A DNA stretch of 63,020 bases, counting the filler, from Basidiobolus ranarum (Eukaryota), in assembly GCA_040143965.1 (NCBI GenBank). It is 7 parts of 7 records of this genome, joined end to end, with 100 filler letters (N's around TTAATTAATTAA, not from the genome) between each part and the next. Parts side by side here need not be neighbours in the genome. Positions count along the whole stretch, not along the records: positions 36,105 to 45,020 come from JASJQH010007778.1; positions 45,121 to 54,021 come from JASJQH010007779.1; 5 more parts are not named here. One strand, 5' to 3'. Made by a program: the position numbers and the translations under genes. Shown piece by piece: positions 38,691 through 51,208 of this stretch. The number at the start of each line of letters is the position of its first letter. Position 1 is the stretch's first letter. Under the pieces are notes generated by a model. It had not been told where the DNA came from and did not search any database. It saw only the letters and a list, made by a program, of their open reading frames with translations.

Positions 38691-38890
38691 GCTGCAATAG
38701 ATGAAGCTTTCAGGTGGAGGATATTGGTGATATATCCAACAAATCATTATGATTGGGCAAACTTCCATCGAAATAAAATGAGATTAATTTATTCCAGATA
38801 TGAATGAGATCTATCAATATCATTATTTTGTAACTGATTGAAGATTATATGAATATGCTAAAGAGGTTCACTAGGATAGGTTGTAATGGT

Positions 38891-39073
38891 CTAATTCAAA
38901 CGTTCGATACCATTCCTAGTATTTGAAGGGCGAACGAAGGTGCCTTGATTGGGGCTGGCTTGTTCTTGTTGTGCACCAAAGTTAAAATCATTGGGGTTGG
39001 ATCTGGTTTGTGGAAGCGGGGCAGCTTGAACGACAACTACTCCAAATAAAATGCTTACGAGAATGAACTTCAT
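38891..39073 (-). CDS. Small secreted peptide (60 aa)
   Basis: MKFILVSILFGVVVVQA|APLPQ is a typical fungal signal peptide with an APLP mature start. Confidence 0.7.
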   Translation of the reverse strand: MKFILVSILFGVVVVQAAPLPQTRSNPNDFNFGAQQEQASPNQGTFVRPSNTRNGIERLN

Positions 39074-39643
39074 AGATAGATGGTTGAAATTGATCAGAGA
39101 GGCAGCTTTAATGGTCAAAGGGTTTGTTTGATGGTTTTAAGGTAGTAGAGATAGGGAAACTAGGCAAGGTTTTAAAAGTTGACTCGTGGTTACAAGCATA
39201 CTGCAGGTGGGAGAGAATAATTAGGGATGTACTGCAATATGTTGCATCTGTTCTTAAGTCTATTTGGTCTCCCGTGAAGTTGATTGTCAGGATACGTAAC
39301 GTTCGCTTAGGGGGCCAAGGAAGCGAACTGATGTAGCCCCTTTGTGAATGGTTCATCTCTTCTGTCTAAATAAAGTCAAGATCATCAAGTATAATTATCC
39401 TGGTGGATGCAATGGTTGTGTATATAAGTATAATGGTAAGCGTTTAATGGTTGATAAGTGAATGTGTGCGATCGATGAAGTCGATGAATGAATATGTGTG
39501 CAATCGATGAAATAGTTCACATAATAATATAAAGTCACCCTCGAGTCACTTGATATATAATATAAAGCTCTATGAATCCAATAATTAAAGCAGAAATATG
39601 GGGTATATAAGTGCAGGTGGTAGTGCTTGAAGGTGTACTTGAT

Positions 39644-40661
39644 TTAAAAAAAGGTCAGAACATGGCCAAAAGTTTGCGCTTGACTGGATGGTGAGAGTAC
39701 TGAGCGGCTAGTGCACAACGCAGGCTTGGGTTCAGTTATAGCCTCCTCTTTAGTTACCTCAATAATCACTACGTCTGTGTTCTGGTCAGTTTCCATTAAA
39801 CTTTCCCCTAAATTAGTCCGAATTCTATGTAGATAGTATACGACGATATATATAATAGCGAATATTCCCAATACTAGCATGTATCGTACAAAAAGAGTAC
39901 TCCAAGTGTTGTATCCACTGATGGCCATATATGCAGAATCACCAGTGCTGTAGAGGATCAAATTAGTATATCAGCAACAGGTATGTATTGCGACATGCAA
40001 CTTACTATGCATAGTAAACCCAAGCCAAACCAAAATATAGCATTACGATGAGTAGTAGCGAGGGAGCATGAGTCCAACTCAACCGCATCTTGCTGAGACA
40101 CATCTCGACAAGTGTAAGAGTCAAATTGCCACCATGAAGAGACAAACTCAACCAGAATTGATAAACACTAATATATTCGAACCCAGTACGCATAACAACT
40201 GTCCAATATATAATAGGAATAACAGCATGGAAAACCTGGGTTGTAGTATACAACAAGGAATAGGCCAGTCGAAGGCTCGGATATCTTCCCAGTACAGAGT
40301 TTCGAAGTTCGTCGTCTGGATTCTTTAGATAAAGGCACGACAAACCAAAGGAGATCTGCCACATTCTCATGTCAGTATCAAAATGAAATATAGGCAATAA
40401 ACGAAGCATACATACCATCAGGTAAACAATCAATCCCAAGTAGGCTAAACAAGTGAATTGTGTGAAAAAGTGAAGTAACGCATTTCGATAGTTGACGACG
40501 TTACACGCGTATACCACAATCACATAAATCAAAGCACATCCACGAAAGATTGCCAAGGTAGTGGGCGACACAAAATATGAGGTAACCAGTCTGATTAGAC
40601 CCAAGGGTTGCCTAACTGGTGAAGTGGCTGGTTCTGGAATCAGATTCATATCTATGCTCAT
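39644..40661 (-). CDS. Multi-pass membrane protein, FAR-17a/AIG1/rolling-stone-like, 3 exons
   Basis: About six hydrophobic helices, FFTQFT, IIYW, SLHGGN...LVEMCL; two short introns; start uncertain. Confidence 0.6.
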
Positions 40662-41221
40662 GGGAAAGTGTGGAGTCAACTAATTCAGTCCACCGCGAGA
40701 TCCTTCGCTATTTAAACGAAGTAGATATAAATTCCCGATGGGTTTGCTGCCTGCGTTATGATAATGGCTAATACTAACTAATTGAACAATCAAATTATTA
40801 CTTCTGCAGTAATTCTATCCACAACTCAGTGGAGTACAATGAAAGTCAGTAGTAAATTGAGAAATTCTTCTTTACGCATACTGCCGACACTTACAATCTA
40901 TTTTATTCTCAACTTGCAGGCCTCGATGATCTTTGTTCAAGAGGGGGGCGCATTGGGGATGATTCCCCACGCTGACTATGTAGCCATTATGTCTAAGCGT
41001 AAGCAAATCACTGGAATTTCCTAAATGGAATTTGGGATCAAGTCACACTTAAAAGGTGGCTGGATTTGGTAGTAACAAGACTCTATGCATTCAGTTGATC
41101 TTCGCGTATATGGGTGAGAAAGTAAATCATCATCCTAGTCCGTCACTTGACCTAATGGATTTCTCATATAACTAGCAGAGTCTAACTTTGCAAGTTTAAC
41201 TAGTGCTGTTCTTCGAACGAA

Positions 41222-42483
41222 ATGGTAGAAGGGAAAATAACTTTAGTAATTCATGGTGGCGCCGGTACTATATTGAGAGAGAATCTTTCACCAGAAATGC
41301 GTGAAAAGTATCTAGCAGGTTTGAATGACTCTTTATTAGCGGGGTATACCCTGTTAAAGCAGGGGGGTAGTGCATTGGATGCAGTTGAAGCGGCTGTCAA
41401 TTCCATGGAAGGTAAATTCTATTTCCTTTTTCTTCCAATGATATGCAGAATTTTCTTTAACTTAACATCTTCGTTTTGTTTTACTACTCTCCATATAGAT
41501 AACTACCTTTTCAACGCCGGAAAAGGAGCAGTCTTTACTAAAGGAGGAAAGGTATACTCTTGAGACAATTTTCATTTCCTTGTATATGATTTATTTTTTT
41601 AAAATATCAAAACTTTGGCAGAATGAACTTGAGGCCTCTATCATGGATGGATCGAACTTAAAAGCAGGAGCGTGTACACTACTAACAACAGTTAAAAATC
41701 CTATTAGCTTAGCCCGACAAGTAATGGTTCAGTCACCACACAATTTCTTGGGCGGTGAAGCGGCTGAACAACTGGCGAACAAAAGTGGCCTTGATATTGT
41801 AGAACCCAAGTACTTTTTCACAGAACATAGGTGGAAGCAACATTTAAGTGGTCTAGAGTCGCCAGGTATAGGTAATATCATTTTACTAGACGACTAGTTT
41901 GCTTATCTTTCATTTCTTTAGGAAACGAACCACCAGCGCCAGCACCAAAAGGCACTGTGGGAGCAGTTGCTTTGGATCAATTTGGGAACATTGCAACTGC
42001 AACATCAACCGGTGGGAAGACTAACAAATGGGATGGCCGTATTGGCGATACACCCATGATCGGGGCTGGAACTTACGCAGATAATGAAACCTGCGGTGTT
42101 AGTGGAACTGGTGATGGAGAGGTATAGCCTCATTCTCTAGACTTGTCCAACAAAATGCATCTATTCTGATAAGAACTTGGGTTTCTAGTTTTTTATTCGC
42201 CATTCAGTGGCATACAATGTATGTGCAAGAATGAAGCATTTAGGAGAGTCTGTTGAAACTGCGGCCAGGAACGTCGTTGAGGAATTGAGGAAAGTACAAG
42301 GAGTAGGAGGAGTTGTAGCACTTGATAGAAATGGAAATGGTAAATAATCCTTGACTTCTTGTATGATATCCAATCTAATGTACATTATCTTTAGTTGCCA
42401 TGCCATTCAATAGTGATGGCATGTATAGAGGATACATAAAAAATGACGGTGTAGCGCATACTTACATCTTCAACGATGAGTAA
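41222..42483 (+). CDS. Isoaspartyl peptidase/L-asparaginase (Ntn hydrolase), 6 exons
   Basis: [21 protein letters not shown], nucleophile [29 protein letters not shown]; introns 41412-41498, 41552-41621, 41866-41921, 42122-42188, 42340-42394. Confidence 0.93.
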
Positions 42484-42774
42484 ACTCCTTATACCCGAGA
42501 CATTTATTACTCAATAAATTATCACATCTAATGCGAATTTTAGCGCACCATTAAAACTATGCTGAATATAGCTGCCAATTCCAACTTTGATCAAATAATT
42601 TAAGTTTGATATTCCTGACTGTCGTATAGAAACGCTGGCTGAATCAATGACTGGACAAAATAAGATTTAACGTAATCAAACTAAAAACTCCCTATATCTA
42701 AACATCGTTTCTCCTTATCCCGATAGAACTAGCTTCTTGAAACTTAAAGGCCACTACAACATATTGACTGCGAA

Positions 42775-44340
42775 ATGACCGGAAATCAACCTGCTTCAGT
42801 GCCTTTGATTGACAAAGCTCTACCAAATCTTCCTGTGGAAGCAGAAAAAAATGAAAATAAGCCTTTAGAGGAGAAGAATTTTCCTGCTCTAGAAACTTCA
42901 AAAAAAAATATCCCTGCTCATACTGATGAAATCACTAGTTCTCTAGCAAAGTCTACTATACAAGACGAAAGAAATTCCCAAGCTAAAACTGGCCAAGTTA
43001 GTTCAATACGCATACACTAAGTCACTTATTTACATTCATTAACATTTCCTAATTTAAAGGAGTATGCATCTACAACTGAGACTAGTAATAAACCTTTAGA
43101 AGCACCAGGTTATTGTAACAGTCCTGGGGTTTTTCTTCCAGGAGAGCAAACAATAACTAATTTTAGTTCTTCAAACAGTGGGAATAAACCCCTGGAAAAC
43201 GTACCTGCTAGTATGACTCATCCAACAGAAACTCCGTATGTACCCACTATTTATCATGCTAATACACCTTGGATGCCTGGAGAGTTAGAAGAGTATGAGA
43301 AAAACAAGAATGAAGAGCCTACTAAAACGCAAAACCCATATTGGGATCGTTTGGATCATTTCACACAAGTGTTTCCTATCATATCGCAGGCTCGCTCCTT
43401 GATGCAGCTAGCAGTTGGTGATACCCACGGAGCTAGGCAAACTCAGAGTAATTTCATCAATAGATTCTTAGAAGGAGTTGCAGGAAAACTTCCTGATGCT
43501 CCTGACCTTACCAATCGGTCTAGATGGATGGAGGAAACTGCTGAATGTGTGCCGGGGTTTAAAAACAAAAAGCTTTATGAGATTTCAATTCCTGCGACCC
43601 ACAATTCCGCTACATATACTACTATTCAAGCAGGCTCTCCTTGGGTTGTTTGTCAGCGTCACCCAATTTACACGCAACTTCGTGGAGGTATTCGTTCTTT
43701 AGACTTTCGTGTCTGTGACGACTCTGGCGATTCGAATCTTTGGGTGAGTCATGGTTCTTTATGTAGTCACTTAATCAACCATCTAGAAGAGATCAAACAG
43801 TTTTTAAACGAAAATCCCAAAGAGATTGTACTTGTACTTATGAAGAAAGATTGGGACCGAAAACTATCTATCAACGGCCTTGCGACTCTGAAGAGAATCA
43901 TTTTAAGCTTTTTTGGATCGAAGCTTATTAGTAAGAAAGATATGCTGGAACTTGATATCAGCGAATTAATGAGTCAAGGAAAGCAATTCGGATTTTATCA
44001 TGAAAGTCTTAAATTTGGTGAACCCATCGTACTTTTACCTACGAATTGGTCATGGGACAAAACCAACTCGGATGACCCCGAACCTCTGTTTGAAAAACTT
44101 ACGAGCTGGGGAGAAAGTCAGAAATATGAAAACATGAAATTTACCGCACTGGAGTGTATCTTGACTCCATCCGTTCAATCTGTTGTCACTTCGTTGCGCC
44201 CACTTAGTGAGGTTACAAAACCTGTTCATGAGAAATTACTCGCATTGCTCCGAAGTAATTGGACCGCTCAAACTAACATTATAACCTTTGATTACTGCCC
44301 AGATGCTATTATTGAAGAAGTTATTAAAAGGAACTTTTGA
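42775..44340 (+). CDS. PI-PLC X-domain (PLCXD/bacterial-type) phosphodiesterase with a long N-terminal extension
   Basis: IPATHNSA, QLRGGIRSLDFR, WVSHG, FLNENPKEIV, NIITFDY; intron 42997-43059 joins the upstream exon in frame. Confidence 0.85.
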
Positions 44341-44550
44341 AGAAGGTTGTTATTTCTACTTTTCACGTCATGCAGTTACTCTACTACAATTAGTATATAT
44401 GTACTATTCTCTACTAGTAATAAAGTTCCCAGACATCCTTTTTATTTATCAGTTACGATGGTATACTTGGATATAAATTTATCAACATATTTTATTGATG
44501 GACTATGAAATACTGCAACGATGGGGTTTTATACAGATATATCTTTCATT

Positions 44551-45020
44551 TTAGTATACCTTGGTATAACTAGGTACTGAGGTCGGTTTTTGATACTTTG
44601 GATATGGTGTTGTAGGTGTAGCTGGAGTACTTGGTGAAGGTTTCCCATAACTATCATTACCACTGGAAGTTTGTGTGGGCTTCCCGCTACCATTGGAGGG
44701 CTTCTTGGGGCTTCCATAGCTACCAGAAGGTTGTGTGGGTTTTCCACTGCCACTGGAAGACTTCTTTGGACTTCCGTAATCGCCAGAAGGCTGTGTGGAT
44801 TTTCCACTGCCACTGGAAGGCTTCTTTGGGCTTCCATAATCGCCAGAGGGGTGTGTGGGCTTTCCACTACCACTGGAAGGCTTCTTTGGACTTCCATAAT
44901 CGCCAGAGGGCTGTGTGGGCTTTCCACTACCACTGGAAGGCTTCTTTGGACTTCCATAATCGCCAGAGGGTTGTGTAGGTGTTCCGCCACCACTAGAAGG
45001 CTTCTTTTGGCTTCCATAAT
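44551..45020 (-). CDS. C-terminus of a Gly/Ser/Pro/Lys/Tyr-rich tandem-repeat protein (5' truncated)
   Basis: Open frame (not in the ORF track) reads (YGSPKKPSSGSGKPTQPSGD)n...TPYPKYQKPTSVPSYTKVY*; about six 60-bp units whose variation is largely synonymous in this frame. Confidence 0.75.
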
Positions 45021-45120
45021 NNNNNNNNNNNNNNNNNNNNNNNNNNNNNNNNNNNNNNNNNNNNTTAATTAATTAANNNNNNNNNNNNNNNNNNNNNNNN
45101 NNNNNNNNNNNNNNNNNNNN
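45021..45120. other. Artificial contig spacer
   Basis: N-run/TTAATTAATTAA/N-run. Confidence 0.99.
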
Positions 45121-48100
45121 GGGAGCCAGTGGTGGTGGAGGGGGAGGCGGTGGTGGCGGCAATGATGAGGAAGAAATGTCAGAAAGCTGTGGAGAGCTAT
45201 CAGAGTTTGAAACATTGGACTCTGCGGGGCTGGATAGCTGTAAATCCTTCAGTTGCTTGTTTACCTCATCTAGCTGCTCTCGCAAAGTCATAACTTCATT
45301 GTGATAGGCAGCACCCAAATCGATTTCTTTCTTCATATTATCAATGGTTATCTTCAAGTTACCAATTTCTTGCTCCTTCTCTGCTAATCCTTCGAACATA
45401 GTACTTAAAGAATTGGTACTACCATTAACCCCCTCTACCATTAGAAGGTTAGGGGGACTGGTAATTACGGAAGGTGATGTTTCTTCCTCCATTAATCGCT
45501 TAACGTTGCCCGTACTGAAATGAAACCGAGCACAAACAGCTTCAAGTGCTCGCTTTAAATAAGCAATCTCTTTTGCTCGACTGTCAGCAAGAGTATTTAA
45601 CTCAGCGGCATTCTCTCTTTGCTTCTCCAGCTCCTCCATTATTGCAGACCATTTGTTATCCTTTTCCTTGGGCCTTCCTTTTCGCTCTTCGAGAAGTAAT
45701 AGGTCTGTAGCATCACTAGAGCCTTTGGACATCTTCTCGATTTGCTCAGTCAACCGAGCCACTTGCTTCTTCTCATGAAGTAAGCGACTAACGATTCCAG
45801 GAAAATGTTCACTGGATCCACTCTTGACTCGCTTATTCTTAGTGGTATACAGTTCTTTGAAGAAGTTAAGATCTTCTTTCAGCTGTTTGTTATCCTCATC
45901 AAGTTCCTTCACCTGTGAAGTCAGATTCTCAATTACCTGAATATTGCTCTGCGAATTACGTGGATTGGAACCTCTCACTGAATCTTCATCTTCACCAACC
46001 ACATCTTCGACAGAGGTTAAAAACTCTTTTAGAATATGGGGCCAGTCCTCCCGAACGTCATGAATGTAAAATATATGATTGGCAAAGCTTTCCAATAATG
46101 ACCAAACATTAGCCTTCCATTCGTCAGAGGCTTCGGAATTAGCAATCGACAATACATTTTGCAAAGTGCTCAACACATTATCATATATTGGCATATCCGG
46201 ATCAAGTCTCTTCAGTAGATCTACAACAGAGTACATCGGATCATCTGGATCGTAGCTTTTTAATACGAGCAAGTCCTGAAGCTCCTTAATATCCTCTTGC
46301 ATCTCCTCCTCGTAAACATCGATTTGGTGGAGAAGCGCATCAGGCGGTAATGAGCTACGGAGTGCATCCAATACATTCATGAAATCTCTCCTAGTAAATT
46401 CATCTCTAAGCATGACTCTTTCCTCAACATCTTCTGGCGAGTTTACTATGGCATTGATAAAAGAAAGACATGTAGTTTTGTACTCGTAAGCGCCAGAATT
46501 GTGCTCCTCTACTTCCTCTCTTAACGATTCCACCAGGTATTCAAATCTAAACTTTTCTTCAAAAGTAACTCTAAATTCGGATAGTGCATTGAGTACTACC
46601 TTGTGTCCATCACTAGATAGAATGCACATAGCAGCCAAGACCTCGGCCACTAGGTTCCTTAATTTATTCTTGACGGTATACAAACAATACGTGATATAAA
46701 TCGTTAAATTCTCTGACTTCAAAACTTGCGAATACCCTGCCTGGAAGAATTTAAAATATCAACTCATTAATCCTCTTGGAAGGTCATTGCATAGCTATCG
46801 TTACCTCAGTATTTAACAAGACTCTCAAACATCTAATGCATTCTAGTTGAATATCTTCATCTACATCTGAACCTCTTGATGAACCAGCTCTAAATGAGTT
46901 GAAGAGAGTATATTAGTATCCAATCAACCGAGACAGAGGTTTCTTGTCTCTTACCCTCTTTTTTTTACGGTACATCGTTCAAGAAGCGCTTCTAAAGCAG
47001 CTATGGCTCGTTTGTCTTCCAGAAAAGTACGAATCCATGTTAAAGGAGCAGTGGACAAGGTGACTCTCAAAGCCAGAAGGTCTTTTACTAGTATACGAAG
47101 ATTAGGATTTCTATATTAATTGGAAAGAAACCATGTTATAGACGGCCAGTAATTTTTGTAAACAATGAGACTGACGTACTTTTGAGTGATCTTTTCAATG
47201 TAATGTTCAGGAGTGGCTTCAGATTTTGCAGCGGTGGGTCCCCACCAAGAAGAGAAAAACCCATAGGAAGGGGATTTTTCGGGTTTTTCAAACAAAAATG
47301 ATGGTTCACTACTAGGACTCTCTCCGTATTGCTCAGACATCATGCTAGAGCTTTCTGACCGAGCTATACTTGGTTGCTGTATACTGTTTCTTCTGCTTAC
47401 CGCAGGAGATTGAATTAGTGATTCCGTAGACATTCTTTTAATTTCATTCTGTCTAATCAAGATCTTTTTCGAATCAGCTGGCATCTTTAAAGCCGCTTCT
47501 CTACGCTCTTCCTTCATTTCCAGCTCATCCTAAGTACATAAATCACCATAGAAGAGTAGGAGATTAATGTTCTGTACTTAAATGAGTTCAACAAGTTTCT
47601 GAAAGTTACCATTAAAGTAAGAAACGCTTGGTTTAGCTCTTCCTCAGTCATATCATCCAAACGATCGCCATCTTCCAAATCAGCTTCAACGTTAGATAAA
47701 GGGCTTTTTCTACTCATTACACTCATTCTTTTGGGATCATTTACGTATAAGGAATTCCGTGATTTGTCGTAAACACTTGAGCGTCGATCCTTCACCAAGT
47801 CTCCATTAATCCAAGTTTTCACTTTCGTTGGATCGAAATCGGCAGGAACTTGCGATCCTATTGACATATGTTTGGATGCTGTAGATATGGAGGTTGGTGA
47901 TGTGGGTCCACTGGAGGAACCACCAAAAAGAGTATATACAGAGAGTGGTCTTTGAGCTGGACTTTTCAGGTACGCCTTTGTGAATCTGGTAGCTCTCGAG
48001 AACCAGGACTCAGGCATACCCACGTAGAAGAAATAATCATTGATAGAGTTGGACTCGATCAACGAAGAAGCCTTCTCCTTGAGCATCAACGGGATCTCAT

Positions 48101-48997
48101 TATCACCCAATTGCCTAACATCTAGCAAACAATATAAGCCAATGTTGATTAGATGATTTTGGGGGAATGTGTTATCTTTCTAACTGATTTACTTACTTTC
48201 CGAATCATTCTCCGATATGGTTACTTCGTAGAGTACGTAGTCGCACTGACTACCAGATTCTTTATCCTTGGCCTTATTTAGACTAAATTCATCTACCAAG
48301 CACTGAATTACTGCCTTAGCTGTCATCGTTGGGGTAACGTAGATATCTCGAGTATAATTATTGGGTATTTCAGGTACATCACGAAATGCTGTTCGTATTG
48401 TATGATTAGCATTAACCAATTTAAATTTAGCCACATGCAGATGCTCCGAAAATGCATGTGTATCATGTACTAATGGTGTTGAACCATTTTCTTTTCCACT
48501 CTTTGTGTCGGCATTCACACCTCGCCCATTTAACGAGTCAATTTCATCGGCAATTCTAGCGTCCAATTTAATTATTCGTTCTAAGATAAATTTGGGTTAC
48601 AAAGTCGATACTTTAGAGTAATACTTCAAGTGGTTCTTATTACCTTCTTCAGTTTTTTGAATCTCCTCTTCAGTCCAAACCTCTAAGGAATATTCCAAAA
48701 TAGTCATGTTAGTTTGAAAAGTACTTTTAAAAGTCCCAAACCAACTAAACCAACATGGAACTTAATTTTAGAGGGTATAGAATTGGACTTACTATTTGGG
48801 TAAGATACATTAGGTAGCGCTAATAGTAACCAATCCTTTGGGTCATAGTTTTCATCTACCAAAGGCTCTGACGAATCTCTGGTTTTATCTTCCAGTATAC
48901 TAGTCATCAACTCTTGAGCAGTAGTATTTGGGTCCAAAAAAGCTGCCTTTACTCTACCATCAGCCAATAAGACTTGGATAATCTCCGGTACTTCCAT
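45121..48997 (-). CDS. Diaphanous-related formin (N-terminal RA/ubiquitin-like region, GBD, FH3, coiled coil, start of FH1), 3' truncated
   Basis: LLALRVTLSTAPLTWI, ECIRCLRVLLNTE, LVAEVLAAMC, FINAIVNSPEDVEERVMLRDEF; poly-proline at the contig edge; multiple GT-AG introns. Confidence 0.88.
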
Positions 48998-50273
48998 ATT
49001 GCTTTTGTCCTCTTTCTATTGATTATTTGAAAAAATAAAGGTTCATGAGGGATTCCATGCAGTAAATATTCCCTCTCCAAGTATATGCCTTTAATAAAAG
49101 AAATTGGAGTGCTATACTAGTTCCAAACAAATAGATAAGGGAGAGTGAGATATGATAACAGTAACGACAAGTGAAGAGTGGGAGGTGAGTATAGGGGGAG
49201 GAAAGTATCAATAGTAATGTTGAATTTAATTTAACTCTTAATTTGGGAATATAACCTTAAACTCCATTCCCGACGACTCTAATGGTCGCAAAATGGAAAT
49301 TTTCCGATATTAAAATATCCCGTTGTCATAATTACCTGGGTGACTTCAAAATAATTAATGATGGCAGCCGAAATTATTCCATCCTCATCGGATAGTGAAA
49401 TACTTGGTACAATTGGCGTCTTATACATTCAATGATAGATGTGTTTATTTTGCATGAGAGCAAGTGTCAATTTAATACATCTTGTTGATTCCCCTCAAGA
49501 TATGGTTAAAGTGGTCTAAAAATACATATGAAGCGGTACGCGTTTTTATTGGTAAACTGGCCCACTTTGAAGGTATGCAACCTCCTAGCTGCACAGTCCC
49601 CGCATGTGGGGAGAAGTACATCTTTTAATTGAGCCCCTTCACCTTTGGCGTCAACAACTATAAAAAGAAGACATGTTGATCAGTTCTAGTCATCAATAGA
49701 TACATCTTCCTACGCTCATACGCCATAGACATGTACCCTTCTATAATCGTCACTCTCCTGGCTGTACTCTCTTGCCTCGGTGCAACCAGCGCCTTACCGG
49801 TAGATGTTACTTCATCAACATCCTCAAATGATCTATCCCAGTTCATGATGGAAGAACTTACCTTCTAATGGACACAATCAATCCATCTTAATATTCCACA
49901 AAATCCATCCGTTTTGAATATCATATTTAATCAGCATTCTCTTGATGCGCCCTTGCACTCTAGATTTCACAAGGGATTGCTAAATAATACTCTAATTACC
50001 CACATCAAGACGCCTTTAAAACATGTAGTTATATCCCAGTAATCTAATTAAATAAGTGTTACAGAAGAAAAGGAAATCCTTGCATTCTTTATGTCTTTTG
50101 GAGAATAAAAGGATCACTTGTGCCAAACAAGGGAATATTAAACAAAGAAAAGTGTAAAGGGGATGTGATTAATTATAATGGTTGGTATAAGATGCTTGGT
50201 ATACACAAACAAAAGAAGAAGACTTAGGGAAATTTACGATAAGACGGGGAAGATGAAGTACGAAATAGGCTCA

Positions 50274-51208
50274 TTATTTTACTTTATCGTATTTCTCCTT
50301 GAATATCCAACTATTCCCGACCAGCTCCATGCCTTGTGCATGAGCCATGCGATAATACTTGGCCGCTTTGAATCGATCTTTCTTTACTCCATGTCCATGC
50401 ATATAACAAAATGCCAAATCATTTTGGGCATCCGGATCCCCAAGATTGGCAGCAATCTCAAAATAATACGCAGCAGTCATTTTGTTTTTCATTACTCCCC
50501 AGCCATTCTGAAAGCTAACTCCCAACTCATAAATAGCCAGTACGAGTTCCTCCTTTGCCACGCATAGGTTAGAATTTTGGGTGATATGGCTCAAGTCAAA
50601 TACCGCACATTCAGCCGCCTTCTGTAGGCATTGAAATGCTGCTATAGGATTGGCTTTACATCCCTATAAAATAACTTATTAAATATCATGAAAAGAAAGG
50701 AAAATTCTCTAGTTTAAAATTTCCTTACCCAGCCATGTCGCAAAGAAATCCCGTATAGGAATAAAGCTATGGGTGAACCTTGACAAGCGGCCAAGCGAAA
50801 GAAGTGGGCAGCCTTTTCAAGTTCACTGCTCTCATGACTTTGAATAGCTTTTTGAATATATTGGTCGGCCAATTCCACATTAACGCTATTCATGTTATTA
50901 GGTTCATATGGTACCCAAGTGGAAAAGTCGTCACTTTTACTTAAAAATAAGGAAGGGTTATTTCCAACTGGTTCCAAGCATATAAGCGGACGCTGTGAGT
51001 TAGGGTCGGTCGAACATTCTCTACCGGAATTTGGAACTGGCTCCGGTAAAGAACTAAAAGAAGGGCAGGTTAACTTCTCTCTAGCTGCACATAGTTCAGC
51101 TGAAGGGTTTCTGTGTAATAATATTGGTGGTACGTTTAAACTATCACTATCCATTTTGGAGAAAGTTCTTGAAGATTTTCTTCGAAACGCTTGCTTTATC
51201 TTATCCAT
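50274..51208 (-). CDS. Sel1-repeat protein (Dsf2/Nif1-like), 2 exons
   Basis: LYGISLRHGW|GC (intron 50728-50664), AIYELGVSFQNGWGV, GDPDAQNDLAFCYMHGHGVKKD, GNSWIFKEKY. Confidence 0.88.

Noticed and set aside
44529-45017. ORF-track protein MEAKRSLLVVAEH... and CRISPR-like appearance of the 60-bp repeats
   Set aside because: Repeats are contiguous without unique spacers; unit variation is mostly synonymous in the YGSPKKP frame, so the listed ORFs are shadows.
48800-48812. GTATCTTA in formin exon 1 as a second U12 donor
   Set aside because: Imperfect consensus; a canonical GTAAGT donor just downstream splices in frame to the next exon.
49500-49870. Possible small spliced gene (MNWDRSFEDVDE...)
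   Set aside because: No recognisable motif and the plausible splice leads to an immediate stop.
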